Shown piece after piece: positions 17,838 through 27,523 of a stretch of 64,000 nt of DNA. Every line of letters begins with the position of its first letter. The stretch's first letter is position 1. The notes beneath the pieces were generated by a model. That model worked only from the letters and a program-made list of their open reading frames with translations. It did not search any database and was not told where the DNA came from. A program made the translations under genes and the position numbers. This DNA comes from Chlorobiota bacterium (GTDB taxonomy: Bacteria > Bacteroidota > Ignavibacteria > Kapaibacteriales > NICIL-2). Location: NCBI GenBank assembly GCA_044228285.1, contig JBGAVD010000002.1, positions 545,653 through 609,652 of the forward strand. The letters are read 5' to 3'.

Positions 17838-20360
17838 TTAGCGATCAACGACCAGTTTTCCGCTCACAAGGTCCTCACCAAGTTGGAGCGTATATATGTA
17901 GGTGCCGTTTGCGACGTGGTTGTTTGCTGAAGCATCCCATCGTGCCAGGTAGTTCCCGCTGCTTACACGTGCATGGACAACCGTAGCCACACATTGTCCT
18001 TGAGAGTCGTAAACCTTCAATGTACACTCTGCACCTTCGCGATTCTGAGGGACGATAAAAGCAAAGAGAGCCGAGCTGCGGACTGGGTTAGGAGACACAA
18101 AGCTTTGAACTGTGCTGGTCACTGAGTTTTCAATGACATCCATGACAAGATTGGCTCCTGGGCTTTGCAGTTCACCAAGTGTATCAGTCATGTAGAGTCG
18201 TGTCAAACTCGGACGCATGGATGTAGAGTGGTACAGCTCTGACCATTCTTGGTCCGATAAGCGCTGGAAATTCTGAGTAACATACTCATAGTAACTATAA
18301 ACGGGTCCAAAGTATGCCGTTGAGCAGTCGTCAATATCTTTGGCTATTACTACTGCTAAGTTTGGTGCACCAGTTGCAACATGTAAGACCTTACCTACAA
18401 GGCTCCCACTTTCGTCGGAAGGTTGCGTGTGAACATCAGCAACACAGAATCCTGTTTCAAAACTCTTCAACACATGTGGATTCATGCCATATTGAAGCTG
18501 AGGGTAGTATCCTCTGTAGTAGACAATATCACAGTCAGATTCTTTCGATATCCAATTGGATATCAACTCTTCATCATCAGTGCTAAACGCAAGGTGCATG
18601 AGTTCCTTGTCTGCAAGCGACGCAAGTCTTTCACATATCTGTGCCATCGTTCTTAATGAGGAGTGCAGGCTGGGACTAAGGTCTTTAACATAACAAGAGT
18701 CTACTATGGGTTCCAGACGCGTGCAGATTGCAGACAAACGCCGATACAGAGACGGCATCGGTTCCACGTAGCCCTTAGGATAGAAGCAGGCTGATATTGT
18801 TGTGTAGGGTTGCTTTGCATACAGTAGATAGTCATGTCGCAATTCCGCCCACGCAGCAAGTTGGGTATTCAGATTCTTTTGCCACCATGCTGCTGTTTGC
18901 ATATGTAATGGAAGTGATGCACGTAGCCCTTCTGTAGGCGGATTCAAATGTCGCAGAACGTCCAATCGTGAAGTGTACACAGAGTTATACCAACCATCTT
19001 GCACATACGAATCGATCATATACCGTATTGCTGCAAGATTCGGAGCGTAAGAATAGCGATTCACATCGTCCGCTAAATATTGCAGTGCAGCATTGTTTCC
19101 CAATGCGAACATTGCATCAAGTGGTTTTGGCATCAAGCGTAACTTAACTTGATCCGCAACGAGCTGTCCAAAGACGTAAGAATCAATAACAAAGCGCTGC
19201 CCTAAGAAAAGAAAAGCAGGCGCTGGTTTGACGGTGTCTTTACCGTTTGATTCTAAGAGTTGACTCAATATGCGTTGTTCGGCACCTGCATCTCGTGCCT
19301 GTTTCTGAAAGAGCAAGAGGAGTGAGTCATTAGACATTGATGAAACACTCAGTTTATTACTCTCGATAATTGATAAAAGGTCTGCTTGTTTCAGATTGTC
19401 TTGCGGTCCAGCAAATGCTTGAATACACTTGTCAACGAGTGAATAGTGAGCTTCATACGCGCCCGATCGAAGCAAAAGTGTGCTCAAGTAAATCGACAAG
19501 GCGCATTGACGTCGTATGTCTGCATCAGAAACTTGGGATGCACTTATTGGTTTCTCGATGTAGATCTCCGTTCGCCCAAGCCACATCATTGCCTTGAAAT
19601 AGGATGGCAATCTGGATGGAGTAGGCTTGTCATAGTGACCACGAAGCTTGAACATACTCCAATCAACCAGCCTCCATGATTGTGAAAAAAGTTGAACAGA
19701 GCTCGGCTGTAATAACTCAATTGCCTGAAGCAAACCATCCATCTGGCTACTATTCTCTGTGTAACATGGACTGATGGTTGCAGTATCGTGCTCATTTAAG
19801 AGCTTCAGTGCCATGCATAGATACAGATCCGCATCTAAACTCGCTTGCAGACTAAGAGAGTCGGTAGGAGGTAGTTGCTTGTCGGACAAAAGGATAGAGT
19901 GCATTGCGCGCAGAGTAGTATCAAGATGATAGGACAGCGAATGCTGCTCGAGATCACTTAAGATGTTGTCAAAGCTTGTGTGCGTCGCATTGAGAATGGC
20001 ATCAGAAGAAATAAAAACAGGCAAATCCTTTCTGTAGATATCGTAAAACCAAGCGTTGAAGTCTGGTTTTTTCAATCGATCACTAACAACAAAACTATGC
20101 TTCTCGAGAAGTGCTTTCTCTCCACTCGTGAACTTATACTTCGTATCACCCATGTCAAAAAACTGGGCTGTGGAGAGATCAGCAGGAGCGCTCTTTAAAA
20201 AGCTGCCTGCGTCGAAACGCTGTTGCAAATCTTTGTAGTCGTAGTTCTTCGTCGTGTCAAGAAAACGCTTGTATGCGCTTACATCGAACTGTGAACGGAC
20301 GGTGACCGTTGATATGCAAAGCGCGCACATCAGAATGAGGGGAACACTTAAAGTCTTCAT
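17838..20360 (-). CDS. Large secreted protein (840 aa) with T9SS C-terminal sorting domain. The N-terminal domain is unassigned.
   Basis: Signal peptide MKTLSVPLILMCALCISTVTVRSQ. C-terminal ~85 aa (...PNPVRSSALFAFIV...YIYTLQLGEDLVSGKLVVDR) are a type-A T9SS CTD. Confidence 0.75.
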   Translation of the reverse strand: MKTLSVPLILMCALCISTVTVRSQFDVSAYKRFLDTTKNYDYKDLQQRFDAGSFLKSAPADLSTAQFFDMGDTKYKFTSGEKALLEKHSFVVSDRLKKPDFNAWFYDIYRKDLPVFISSDAILNATHTSFDNILSDLEQHSLSYHLDTTLRAMHSILLSDKQLPPTDSLSLQASLDADLYLCMALKLLNEHDTATISPCYTENSSQMDGLLQAIELLQPSSVQLFSQSWRLVDWSMFKLRGHYDKPTPSRLPSYFKAMMWLGRTEIYIEKPISASQVSDADIRRQCALSIYLSTLLLRSGAYEAHYSLVDKCIQAFAGPQDNLKQADLLSIIESNKLSVSSMSNDSLLLLFQKQARDAGAEQRILSQLLESNGKDTVKPAPAFLFLGQRFVIDSYVFGQLVADQVKLRLMPKPLDAMFALGNNAALQYLADDVNRYSYAPNLAAIRYMIDSYVQDGWYNSVYTSRLDVLRHLNPPTEGLRASLPLHMQTAAWWQKNLNTQLAAWAELRHDYLLYAKQPYTTISACFYPKGYVEPMPSLYRRLSAICTRLEPIVDSCYVKDLSPSLHSSLRTMAQICERLASLADKELMHLAFSTDDEELISNWISKESDCDIVYYRGYYPQLQYGMNPHVLKSFETGFCVADVHTQPSDESGSLVGKVLHVATGAPNLAVVIAKDIDDCSTAYFGPVYSYYEYVTQNFQRLSDQEWSELYHSTSMRPSLTRLYMTDTLGELQSPGANLVMDVIENSVTSTVQSFVSPNPVRSSALFAFIVPQNREGAECTLKVYDSQGQCVATVVHARVSSGNYLARWDASANNHVANGTYIYTLQLGEDLVSGKLVVDR

Positions 20361-21077
20361 GGGCTGACCTCTTAGAGTGCAAAAAGAGCAAAACGATTTG
20401 GTCGAGTGACCTGCGCTTAATATAGGGCAACAAAGGTTGATAAAGCATATCGGTTCTCACTATTTATCTCTCATTGCTTATGCTAAATTCTGGCTTGCGT
20501 CCTGCCAGTGGCTGAATTCGATGTTGCCCAAATCGAGTACGGGTCAGAATTGTGAGAACCAGCGTCATAGCCTTAATATGACGCAACTCCTGAATTGCGC
20601 GCCACACATTACCACCTTGTCGAGTCTATGCCGAGCTAGCGATTCGCTATGAGCTAACTACGCTTATGTAACACATTTCTGCTATCTCGAGTTCACCTAC
20701 AATTGAGAGCCAAAGTTTGCTACGATGCACTTGAGGCCAATTGATTGTGAAGGACAGTTACGATTTGAGAGGTTAAATTGCGTCTATGAGTTCGAGTAAA
20801 GTTAAGCTTAGTTAAGGCTGTCGTCAGTTCAGCAACAGTGAGTATGAACCGATGGTTTTGGCGCTACACCGAATCAATTCTAGCGAAGTGCAGAGTCTTT
20901 CAGAAGGCCTTGGGTATAGGATAGCATTCCAACATCTGAAGCGTTGAAGTGGCAATGTTAGGACTTTGTTGCAACCAGCTGAAGTGAATCGCAAAACTAC
21001 CAACAAGAGTTAGTTGCTTGATGCGCCTTTGCAGGCGCAAACTCGAGAAGTAAGGATATCAGCAAAGTAACGTTGAG

Positions 21078-22685
21078 ATGAACCATACAGACCCCACGCA
21101 ACAGAACAACAGTCAAGAGAATCAGACGATTGAAGAGTTTCCCTCAGAGTCAGAGACTCACGTAGGTATGCGTCAACATGATCCTTCTGAAGAAGACGTT
21201 GTGCATGCAACAGATGAACAAGTAAGCGAACACAGATTAAAGACTAAAGATCATTTCTTCACGATTTGCACAGAGTGCAAAGGAAGAGGCAGTTTGCGAG
21301 TGAAGCTTTCGAAGAGGCTGAGGCGCCGTTATCACAATGCAATGCGTTCCTTCGAACAAGGAATAGGCGATAGTCAAGCTCCTGAACGTCCAAAAGGTTC
21401 GCTGCATACTTGTCCATACTGCAAAGGCAGCGGATTAACGAGTGCTATGAGCACTCGCAAAGCCGACGAGATTCGCTTTCCGAAAGTTGCCATCATTGGT
21501 GCAGGCATTGGCGGTGTTGCCTTGGCGGTAGCCTGCTTGCATCGAGGGATACCATTTACATTGTATGAGCGCGATAGTGGTTTTAATGTGCGATCACAGG
21601 GCTATGGACTCACTTTACAGCAGGCGAGTAATGCCATCAAGGGACTAGGACTCTTCTCGCTCGATGAGGGCATCACCTCAACTCGCCACGTCGTACAAAA
21701 CACGGATGGTGAGCTCATTGTTGAGTGGGGAAGACGTGTGAGTGTTCCTAATGATGAGCAGAAGCTAGCAAAGCGATTTAACATTCACATACCACGACAA
21801 ACTCTGCGCCATGAGCTGTTGAAACAGTTGCCGGATCAAGAAGTGGTACAGTGGGGACACCAACTGGTGGATGTACAGACGACAACTGATGGAGATGCTG
21901 CTCTGCGTTTTGAGGTGAATGGTGTACTCAAAACCGAGAGAGCAGATTTGGTGGTCGGTGCTGACGGAATTCGAAGTGTCGTACGAAAACTCTTGATTGG
22001 CGATGAGGTCTGTGCACTTCGCTATGTTGGTTGTATCGTAATTCTAGGCATCTGTCCGTTGGATCAACTTCATGGCTTTGAGCATCAGCTACTCGATTCG
22101 AAAACGGTCTTTCAAACGGTCAATGGTTTTGATCGAATGTACATGATGCCATATACAGCAGATTCCGTGATGTGGCAATTCAGTGTTCCAATGTCTGAAG
22201 CCGAAGCCCAGCGTCTGAGCGCTGAAGGTCCGCAAGCACTCAAGGAAGAAACCTTGCGTCGAACACTATGGAGTGCGCCTGTTCCACAAGTAATTGAAGC
22301 TACAGATATCTCGCTGATTACTGGCTATCCAGTGTATGATCGACCAGTGTTAGCAGCAGAAGCTCTACAGGGCATGGGTTCCGTTACTCTGATCGGTGAT
22401 GCTGCACATCCTATGAGTCCTTTTAAGGGACAAGGTGCCAACCAGGCACTACTTGATGCGCTAGCCCTCTCACGTAGAATGTATAGCGTGTATAGTGAGC
22501 ACAAGCAGAAGGGAGAAGTCGATATACGTACCACAGTACTCAGCGAGTTTGAAAACGAGATGCTTCGTCGTACTGCTCCCAAAGTACATGACTCAGCAGA
22601 AGCAGCTCTGCTGCTTCATTCAGCTAGTGTTCTCCGAGAGGGTGACAGTCAGAAAAGACGCGGATTGCAACGTGTAGCTGGATAA
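21078..22685 (+). CDS. FAD-dependent (class A flavoprotein) monooxygenase with N-terminal DnaJ-type zinc-finger-like extension
   Basis: Rossmann GxGxxG (IIGAGIGGVALA), DG motif (VVGADGIRSVVRK) and GD motif (LIGDAAHPMSPFKGQGANQALLDA). The N-terminal ~130 aa carry two CxxCxGxG motifs (CTECKGRG, CPYCKGSG). Confidence 0.8.
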   Translation: MNHTDPTQQNNSQENQTIEEFPSESETHVGMRQHDPSEEDVVHATDEQVSEHRLKTKDHFFTICTECKGRGSLRVKLSKRLRRRYHNAMRSFEQGIGDSQAPERPKGSLHTCPYCKGSGLTSAMSTRKADEIRFPKVAIIGAGIGGVALAVACLHRGIPFTLYERDSGFNVRSQGYGLTLQQASNAIKGLGLFSLDEGITSTRHVVQNTDGELIVEWGRRVSVPNDEQKLAKRFNIHIPRQTLRHELLKQLPDQEVVQWGHQLVDVQTTTDGDAALRFEVNGVLKTERADLVVGADGIRSVVRKLLIGDEVCALRYVGCIVILGICPLDQLHGFEHQLLDSKTVFQTVNGFDRMYMMPYTADSVMWQFSVPMSEAEAQRLSAEGPQALKEETLRRTLWSAPVPQVIEATDISLITGYPVYDRPVLAAEALQGMGSVTLIGDAAHPMSPFKGQGANQALLDALALSRRMYSVYSEHKQKGEVDIRTTVLSEFENEMLRRTAPKVHDSAEAALLLHSASVLREGDSQKRRGLQRVAG

Positions 22686-23625
22686 GGGAATTGTTGTGGT
22701 AGCTACGCATTCACTACGAATTCACTTTCCTTGCGGTACCTGGTGCTTCTGTGAAATGCTGGTACCTCGCATGGCTCTCGGATCTTTGGGCTTTGGAGAA
22801 TAAATGAGTCACATCTCTTTCTCACTCTCAGCGATTCAAGATCAACAGTAGCGCAGAGGAAGAGAGAATCCGTCGACGTTTACATATAAAGTATTTTTGA
22901 GAAGCATGATGATCGATGAGGACTGGGTGTGATGTTCAATGATGTTTCAAAGCCAGCCCGCAAACGCCTCATGAATGGATTCAGGTGCAATATGAAGTGA
23001 CGCTCAGGCTTTCGAACCAACGTAATGATTGGAGCGAGCATATCGGAATTTATATACTGCAATCTGAAGCTTCTGAATGATCCGACACAGTCCCGGTGGA
23101 TGAGGTGCCACGCCGTACCGACATCTACCATTCGCAATGCATGTATCACTTTGTTTGCTGATGGAGAGGGCTTAGAAGATTCGTGATGAAGCACACAATA
23201 CAACAAACATCTCTGCTCTTCAAGCGTATCAGCAAGTCAGTGTGTTAATCCTGTGCTATTGTACACTGGTATACGAATCTCTGATATGTGTCAGGTACCG
23301 GAATTGACATCATGAGCGACACCATACATTTCAGATCTGCTTCTCAATGAGGCTTTGCGTATGACTACTTCAGTTCGCGACTAGAGTTCGAATTCTAGCT
23401 AAGGTAAAAATGCTCAGCAGAAGGGTTCAGTTCTCTGCATGACTGCCTCTGTTCCTGCTAAGAGCTAGTTGAGTGTACTGCGATGAAATGTTCTCGCTGT
23501 GTACATCTGACCGGCTGCGTTGGAACAAGAACGTCGTTTCAATAGACTATGACAATTACGAATATCTTAGAACCAAAGAGCTCTAGAGTTCTAGGCTCAA
23601 TTGGTTGTTCTCCGTCGCAACATGC

Positions 23626-25248
23626 CTACTCGATGAAAAAAGTGTTGAGAATTCCTTTACCTTTTAGCTCGATAGGACCGCGTGCCACTACCCGGAACGA
23701 TGCGTCCGATTTTGCTAACTCTTGTACAAACTCTTCAGAACAGTGAATCTTTCCTGCAATACCGTGGCTCTCTAATCGCGAGGCAAGGTTGACAGCATCT
23801 GAGTACATATCGTATACGAATCGTTCGCGCCCCACAACACCGGCAACCACCGCTCCGCAATGAAGACCAATACGAACTCCGAAATCTGAGTGATCAGGAA
23901 GATATGACTTTGCTTCCTCCGGGAGCTTGAGGGTTCGCAACATCTCTTGTGCAGCTTTGGCTAAGCGCTCTGCATGATCATCACATGGCGTTGGCGCACC
24001 GGCAACCGCCATATATCCGTCACCTATCGTCTTGATTTTCTCACAGCCATGTTCTTTCACGATTCGATCGAACACTGAAAAAATACTATCTAGTACACGA
24101 ACGATGAGCTGCGCAGGCATCGTCGCACTCATGGGTGTGAATCCCTTTATATCTGCAAAGAGGATAGAGACGCAAGGAAGATAATCGGCAATTTCGGCCG
24201 AATCTTCCATCATCCGATCAGCAATGACTGCAGGGAGAAGGCGATGAAGTAGCTCCCTCGTAGTTGAGCTTTGAGCTCGTTGAATTTCGAGTTCTTTCTC
24301 GCGTAAAGCTACTCTCCGTTCATATCCATGTTTCTGTGCCATCTGTTGAACCTCAACAGAGTTAGTCTGTTGGGTGAGCTCGTGGTATCGTTCAAAATAC
24401 TCGAGTGCAAGTTTCCATTGCTCCTGCTGTCGATGGAGCAGACTTAGTGACTGTGTGATATAGGTTTGGCTACTAAGAGATTGCATCTCAACACTTAACT
24501 CAAGCGCTTGTTCAAAATAGTGTTGTGCCGTCTGGGTGTTGTAGAGACGAAATGTATCAATCTGATAAACTTGACCTAGACTATGCAGAGCCATGATCAT
24601 GTTCCCCTTGTCGCCAATCTCCTCTGAAATCTGCAGTGCTTCCTCATACAGTCCAACACACTCTTCAAAACAGTCGCGAGAAGCCCAGACTGACGCAATG
24701 TTGGTCAGCACCAGCACTTCGCCATGCCGATCAGCAAGTTTGCGGTATTGATTCAATGATGAATCTAGATACTGAAGTGCAGCATCGTAGTCTTGTATAT
24801 GCACCCTGGAAGAAGCAAGATTGCAGAGGATGTTTGCTCTATATAACTCTAAGTTATGCTCAGTTGCTAAACCAAGAGCTTGATGTAAGTATTCATCTGC
24901 ACGGTTATAGTCGAGTATTTGGGTGTAAACATTGCCGAGGTTACATAAACAGGCAACTTGCAGGTCGGGCTGATGAAGAGTCTCTGCGCAATGCAATACC
25001 TGAGTATAAAGTGCAATTGCGTCTTTGTTTAGTCCACGAATTGCAGCAACATTAGCTTGCTGGTTCAGCACTCGAGCTTGAAGTACTAGGTATTCATCTT
25101 GTACTTTCGACTCATTGCTGGGCATAGCTATCTCGATTTCGTTCAGCGCTCGAGAACACAAGTCCATGGAATCATCGAGTTCTCCCCGTTGTTGTGCGCT
25201 TCGCGCTTCGCTGATCAACAGCTCTATTTTGTTTTTGACATCCATCAT
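23626..25248 (-). CDS. TPR-repeat protein fused to a class III adenylate cyclase catalytic domain
   Basis: N-terminal TPR-like helical repeats. C-terminal cyclase motifs FADIKGFT, KTIGDGYMAV, RIGLHCGAVVAG(VVG). The Lys in KTIGD suggests ATP specificity. Confidence 0.85.
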   Translation of the reverse strand: MMDVKNKIELLISEARSAQQRGELDDSMDLCSRALNEIEIAMPSNESKVQDEYLVLQARVLNQQANVAAIRGLNKDAIALYTQVLHCAETLHQPDLQVACLCNLGNVYTQILDYNRADEYLHQALGLATEHNLELYRANILCNLASSRVHIQDYDAALQYLDSSLNQYRKLADRHGEVLVLTNIASVWASRDCFEECVGLYEEALQISEEIGDKGNMIMALHSLGQVYQIDTFRLYNTQTAQHYFEQALELSVEMQSLSSQTYITQSLSLLHRQQEQWKLALEYFERYHELTQQTNSVEVQQMAQKHGYERRVALREKELEIQRAQSSTTRELLHRLLPAVIADRMMEDSAEIADYLPCVSILFADIKGFTPMSATMPAQLIVRVLDSIFSVFDRIVKEHGCEKIKTIGDGYMAVAGAPTPCDDHAERLAKAAQEMLRTLKLPEEAKSYLPDHSDFGVRIGLHCGAVVAGVVGRERFVYDMYSDAVNLASRLESHGIAGKIHCSEEFVQELAKSDASFRVVARGPIELKGKGILNTFFIE

Positions 25249-26222
25249 AGTCGCTTTGTATCATTACCTTCGTATCAGCCGTTCACTTGAATACGTCTTG
25301 CCCGACTTGTGTTCCAAAGATCTGTCGACAATCGAAATGATGGTTGAAAGAAAAATATCTGTCGAACACGATTCTATAACTATGGATACGTACTACATAC
25401 TGAGCTAGATATCTCTCGCTAGATGAGCTCCGTCTATCGCTTGCTGCGCCTACGGTGCTGTATCGATAGGAGATGGTGGAGCAAAGGTATGTATTTCGCT
25501 TCAAATGTCATCAAGGTCAGACCTCGGTCACCACTGTGCTCTACAGCGATCGCTCTTCAGTTCGAGTCCGCTCGTTTAGGGATTTATCGAACGAGTACTG
25601 CTTCAGAAACAGTGTTTTTGCAGTGCTGACAACTTGACCGGAGCTACGTAGTGCCTGTTAGGTAACACCTGTAGATTTCGTTGTTTGTATCTCGTCGATG
25701 ATTTCCATGTGAGCTTCACGGTTATGAGCGTCGAAAGTTCGGAATCAGAGTCATATGGGACGAGCTCACATGGATGTTCCTCCGTACCTGTATTCTTAGT
25801 GTTTGACCCATCTGGATTCGCGAGCTTTTGTTTAGAGATGAGATATGCTTCATTCTAGCCTTACGCTTCGGCTCTGTCTTTCGTTTCTGTGTGAATCGGT
25901 GAGTGCGGCTACGAGCAGCGTTGTTTCTTCATTAACAAGGACTTGCCAGGAATGCCACGTTCATGTCATAGTGAATTCTCAGATGGCTCTGTACTCCGTC
26001 GTGTATTAGAATAACTCTATGGCATTAAGAGCTACACTGTAGGCTTCTGGTTGCGGTGCATGGAAATTTGCTCGCATCGGAGTGAGGTAGAAGGAGGAGG
26101 CGTCATTCAACGAAAAGATCACTAAGAAAAGAAAGCCCTCAGCGCAAAGTTGTTGCAAAGCACTGAGAGCTTCGTTGACCGTATCGTTCATTGTCTGCTG
26201 AAAGCGAGACTACAACTCAGAC

Positions 26223-26906
26223 TCACAGTTTGATGCGTACACCAGCTACCACCGTGAAGGCACTGATCTTCATCACGGCTTCCTTGCTTCCAGGAGGATC
26301 ATCTGGATTGTCAACGTTGGTTAAGCCAATATTGTATCTCAATCCACCAATAACATCCATGGTAGGATTGATAGGGTAGATGGCTTCGGTCCCAAGAATG
26401 AAGCTGACTTCCAGCGAGTTAAATGTACTGTTAGGCAAAGATGTGTCAGAGCTGCTGGAAATGGAGCCGTACGTGTACGTACTGGAACTGTTGTTCCCAA
26501 CAAGTACTCCGATACCTGGACCACCGTACACACAGATTCCTACATTCGAGACAGCAGTAGCTCTGTAGCGAAACATAGGATTGATTTGAAGGTACGATAG
26601 GCGATAGGTTGAGCTACTACTGTATGATTGTCCGAAATTGGATCCCGACTCAGAGAAACCTCCACCTTTACTCATATACCAGAGCTCTCCAAGTATGGAC
26701 ATGTTTCCTTCAGCGTTGATGGCTGACTCTGCTCCAATGCCGAATGATAAGAATGTCGCAGTCGTTGTTGTTTCGCCTTGCAGGAGTGAGTCATGCGAGA
26801 AGTTTGAGAAATTCAGACAAAGCTGTGCTCTGCCAAACATGTCGCCTGCAACAACTGAGGACGAAACGACAACCAAGAGGATCAGTGTACTAACAGTATT
26901 CTTCAT
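26223..26906 (-). CDS. Outer-membrane beta-barrel protein (hypothetical)
   Basis: Signal peptide MKNTVSTLILLVVVSSSVVAG. Ser/Gly/Tyr-rich with alternating beta-strand pattern. C-terminal ...AGVRIKL. Confidence 0.55.
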   Translation of the reverse strand: MKNTVSTLILLVVVSSSVVAGDMFGRAQLCLNFSNFSHDSLLQGETTTTATFLSFGIGAESAINAEGNMSILGELWYMSKGGGFSESGSNFGQSYSSSSTYRLSYLQINPMFRYRATAVSNVGICVYGGPGIGVLVGNNSSSTYTYGSISSSSDTSLPNSTFNSLEVSFILGTEAIYPINPTMDVIGGLRYNIGLTNVDNPDDPPGSKEAVMKISAFTVVAGVRIKL

Positions 26907-27523
26907 ACGAACTCCTTATTATGAAAAATGTAAAAACTGCAAGCTGCTCGTGTTGTGATGTTGATAGAGTAGTTTTTGTTGGCAATACTGTATGATGAGC
27001 TTGGTCCAAGCCGTTGCTTTTCTTCGGTCTTGTTGCTTTCTTCATTCCCCTGTGTGTACTAACAGTTGTGTCGCAGAGACACATAAGTCCACTCTATTCA
27101 GAGCTTTAGGAAGATCTTAGAGTGCCTGCGAATATATAAGACATGTTGGTATCATTACAAGCTTTTTCTCGAAAAGTTGATGAAGTGCCGGGATAGTAGT
27201 AGAGGTCAACTCCTTTTTTTTGCTACGCGTCGCCAGCCGTCTTGCAACTTGGATGCTACGCGATCTATGGACAATCGTCAGTTCAGCAACAGTGACTCAA
27301 GAGGGAGGTGTTAGTTGTTGATCTATGTTGCGTTCCTACCTCATCCACATCGAGCTGCCTGGCGAATTGAGTCAAATTGCCGACCGACAATCTGTCTAGC
27401 TAGCCATACCACTGAGTTCCTTTTGAACTCACGGAGATCATACGGTGCAACAAGAGTACTAGAAAGGTTCGAAGATTTTCGTTGGTTCAAAGGTCGCGTA
27501 GGAACTGGATTGAACGAAGAAAT

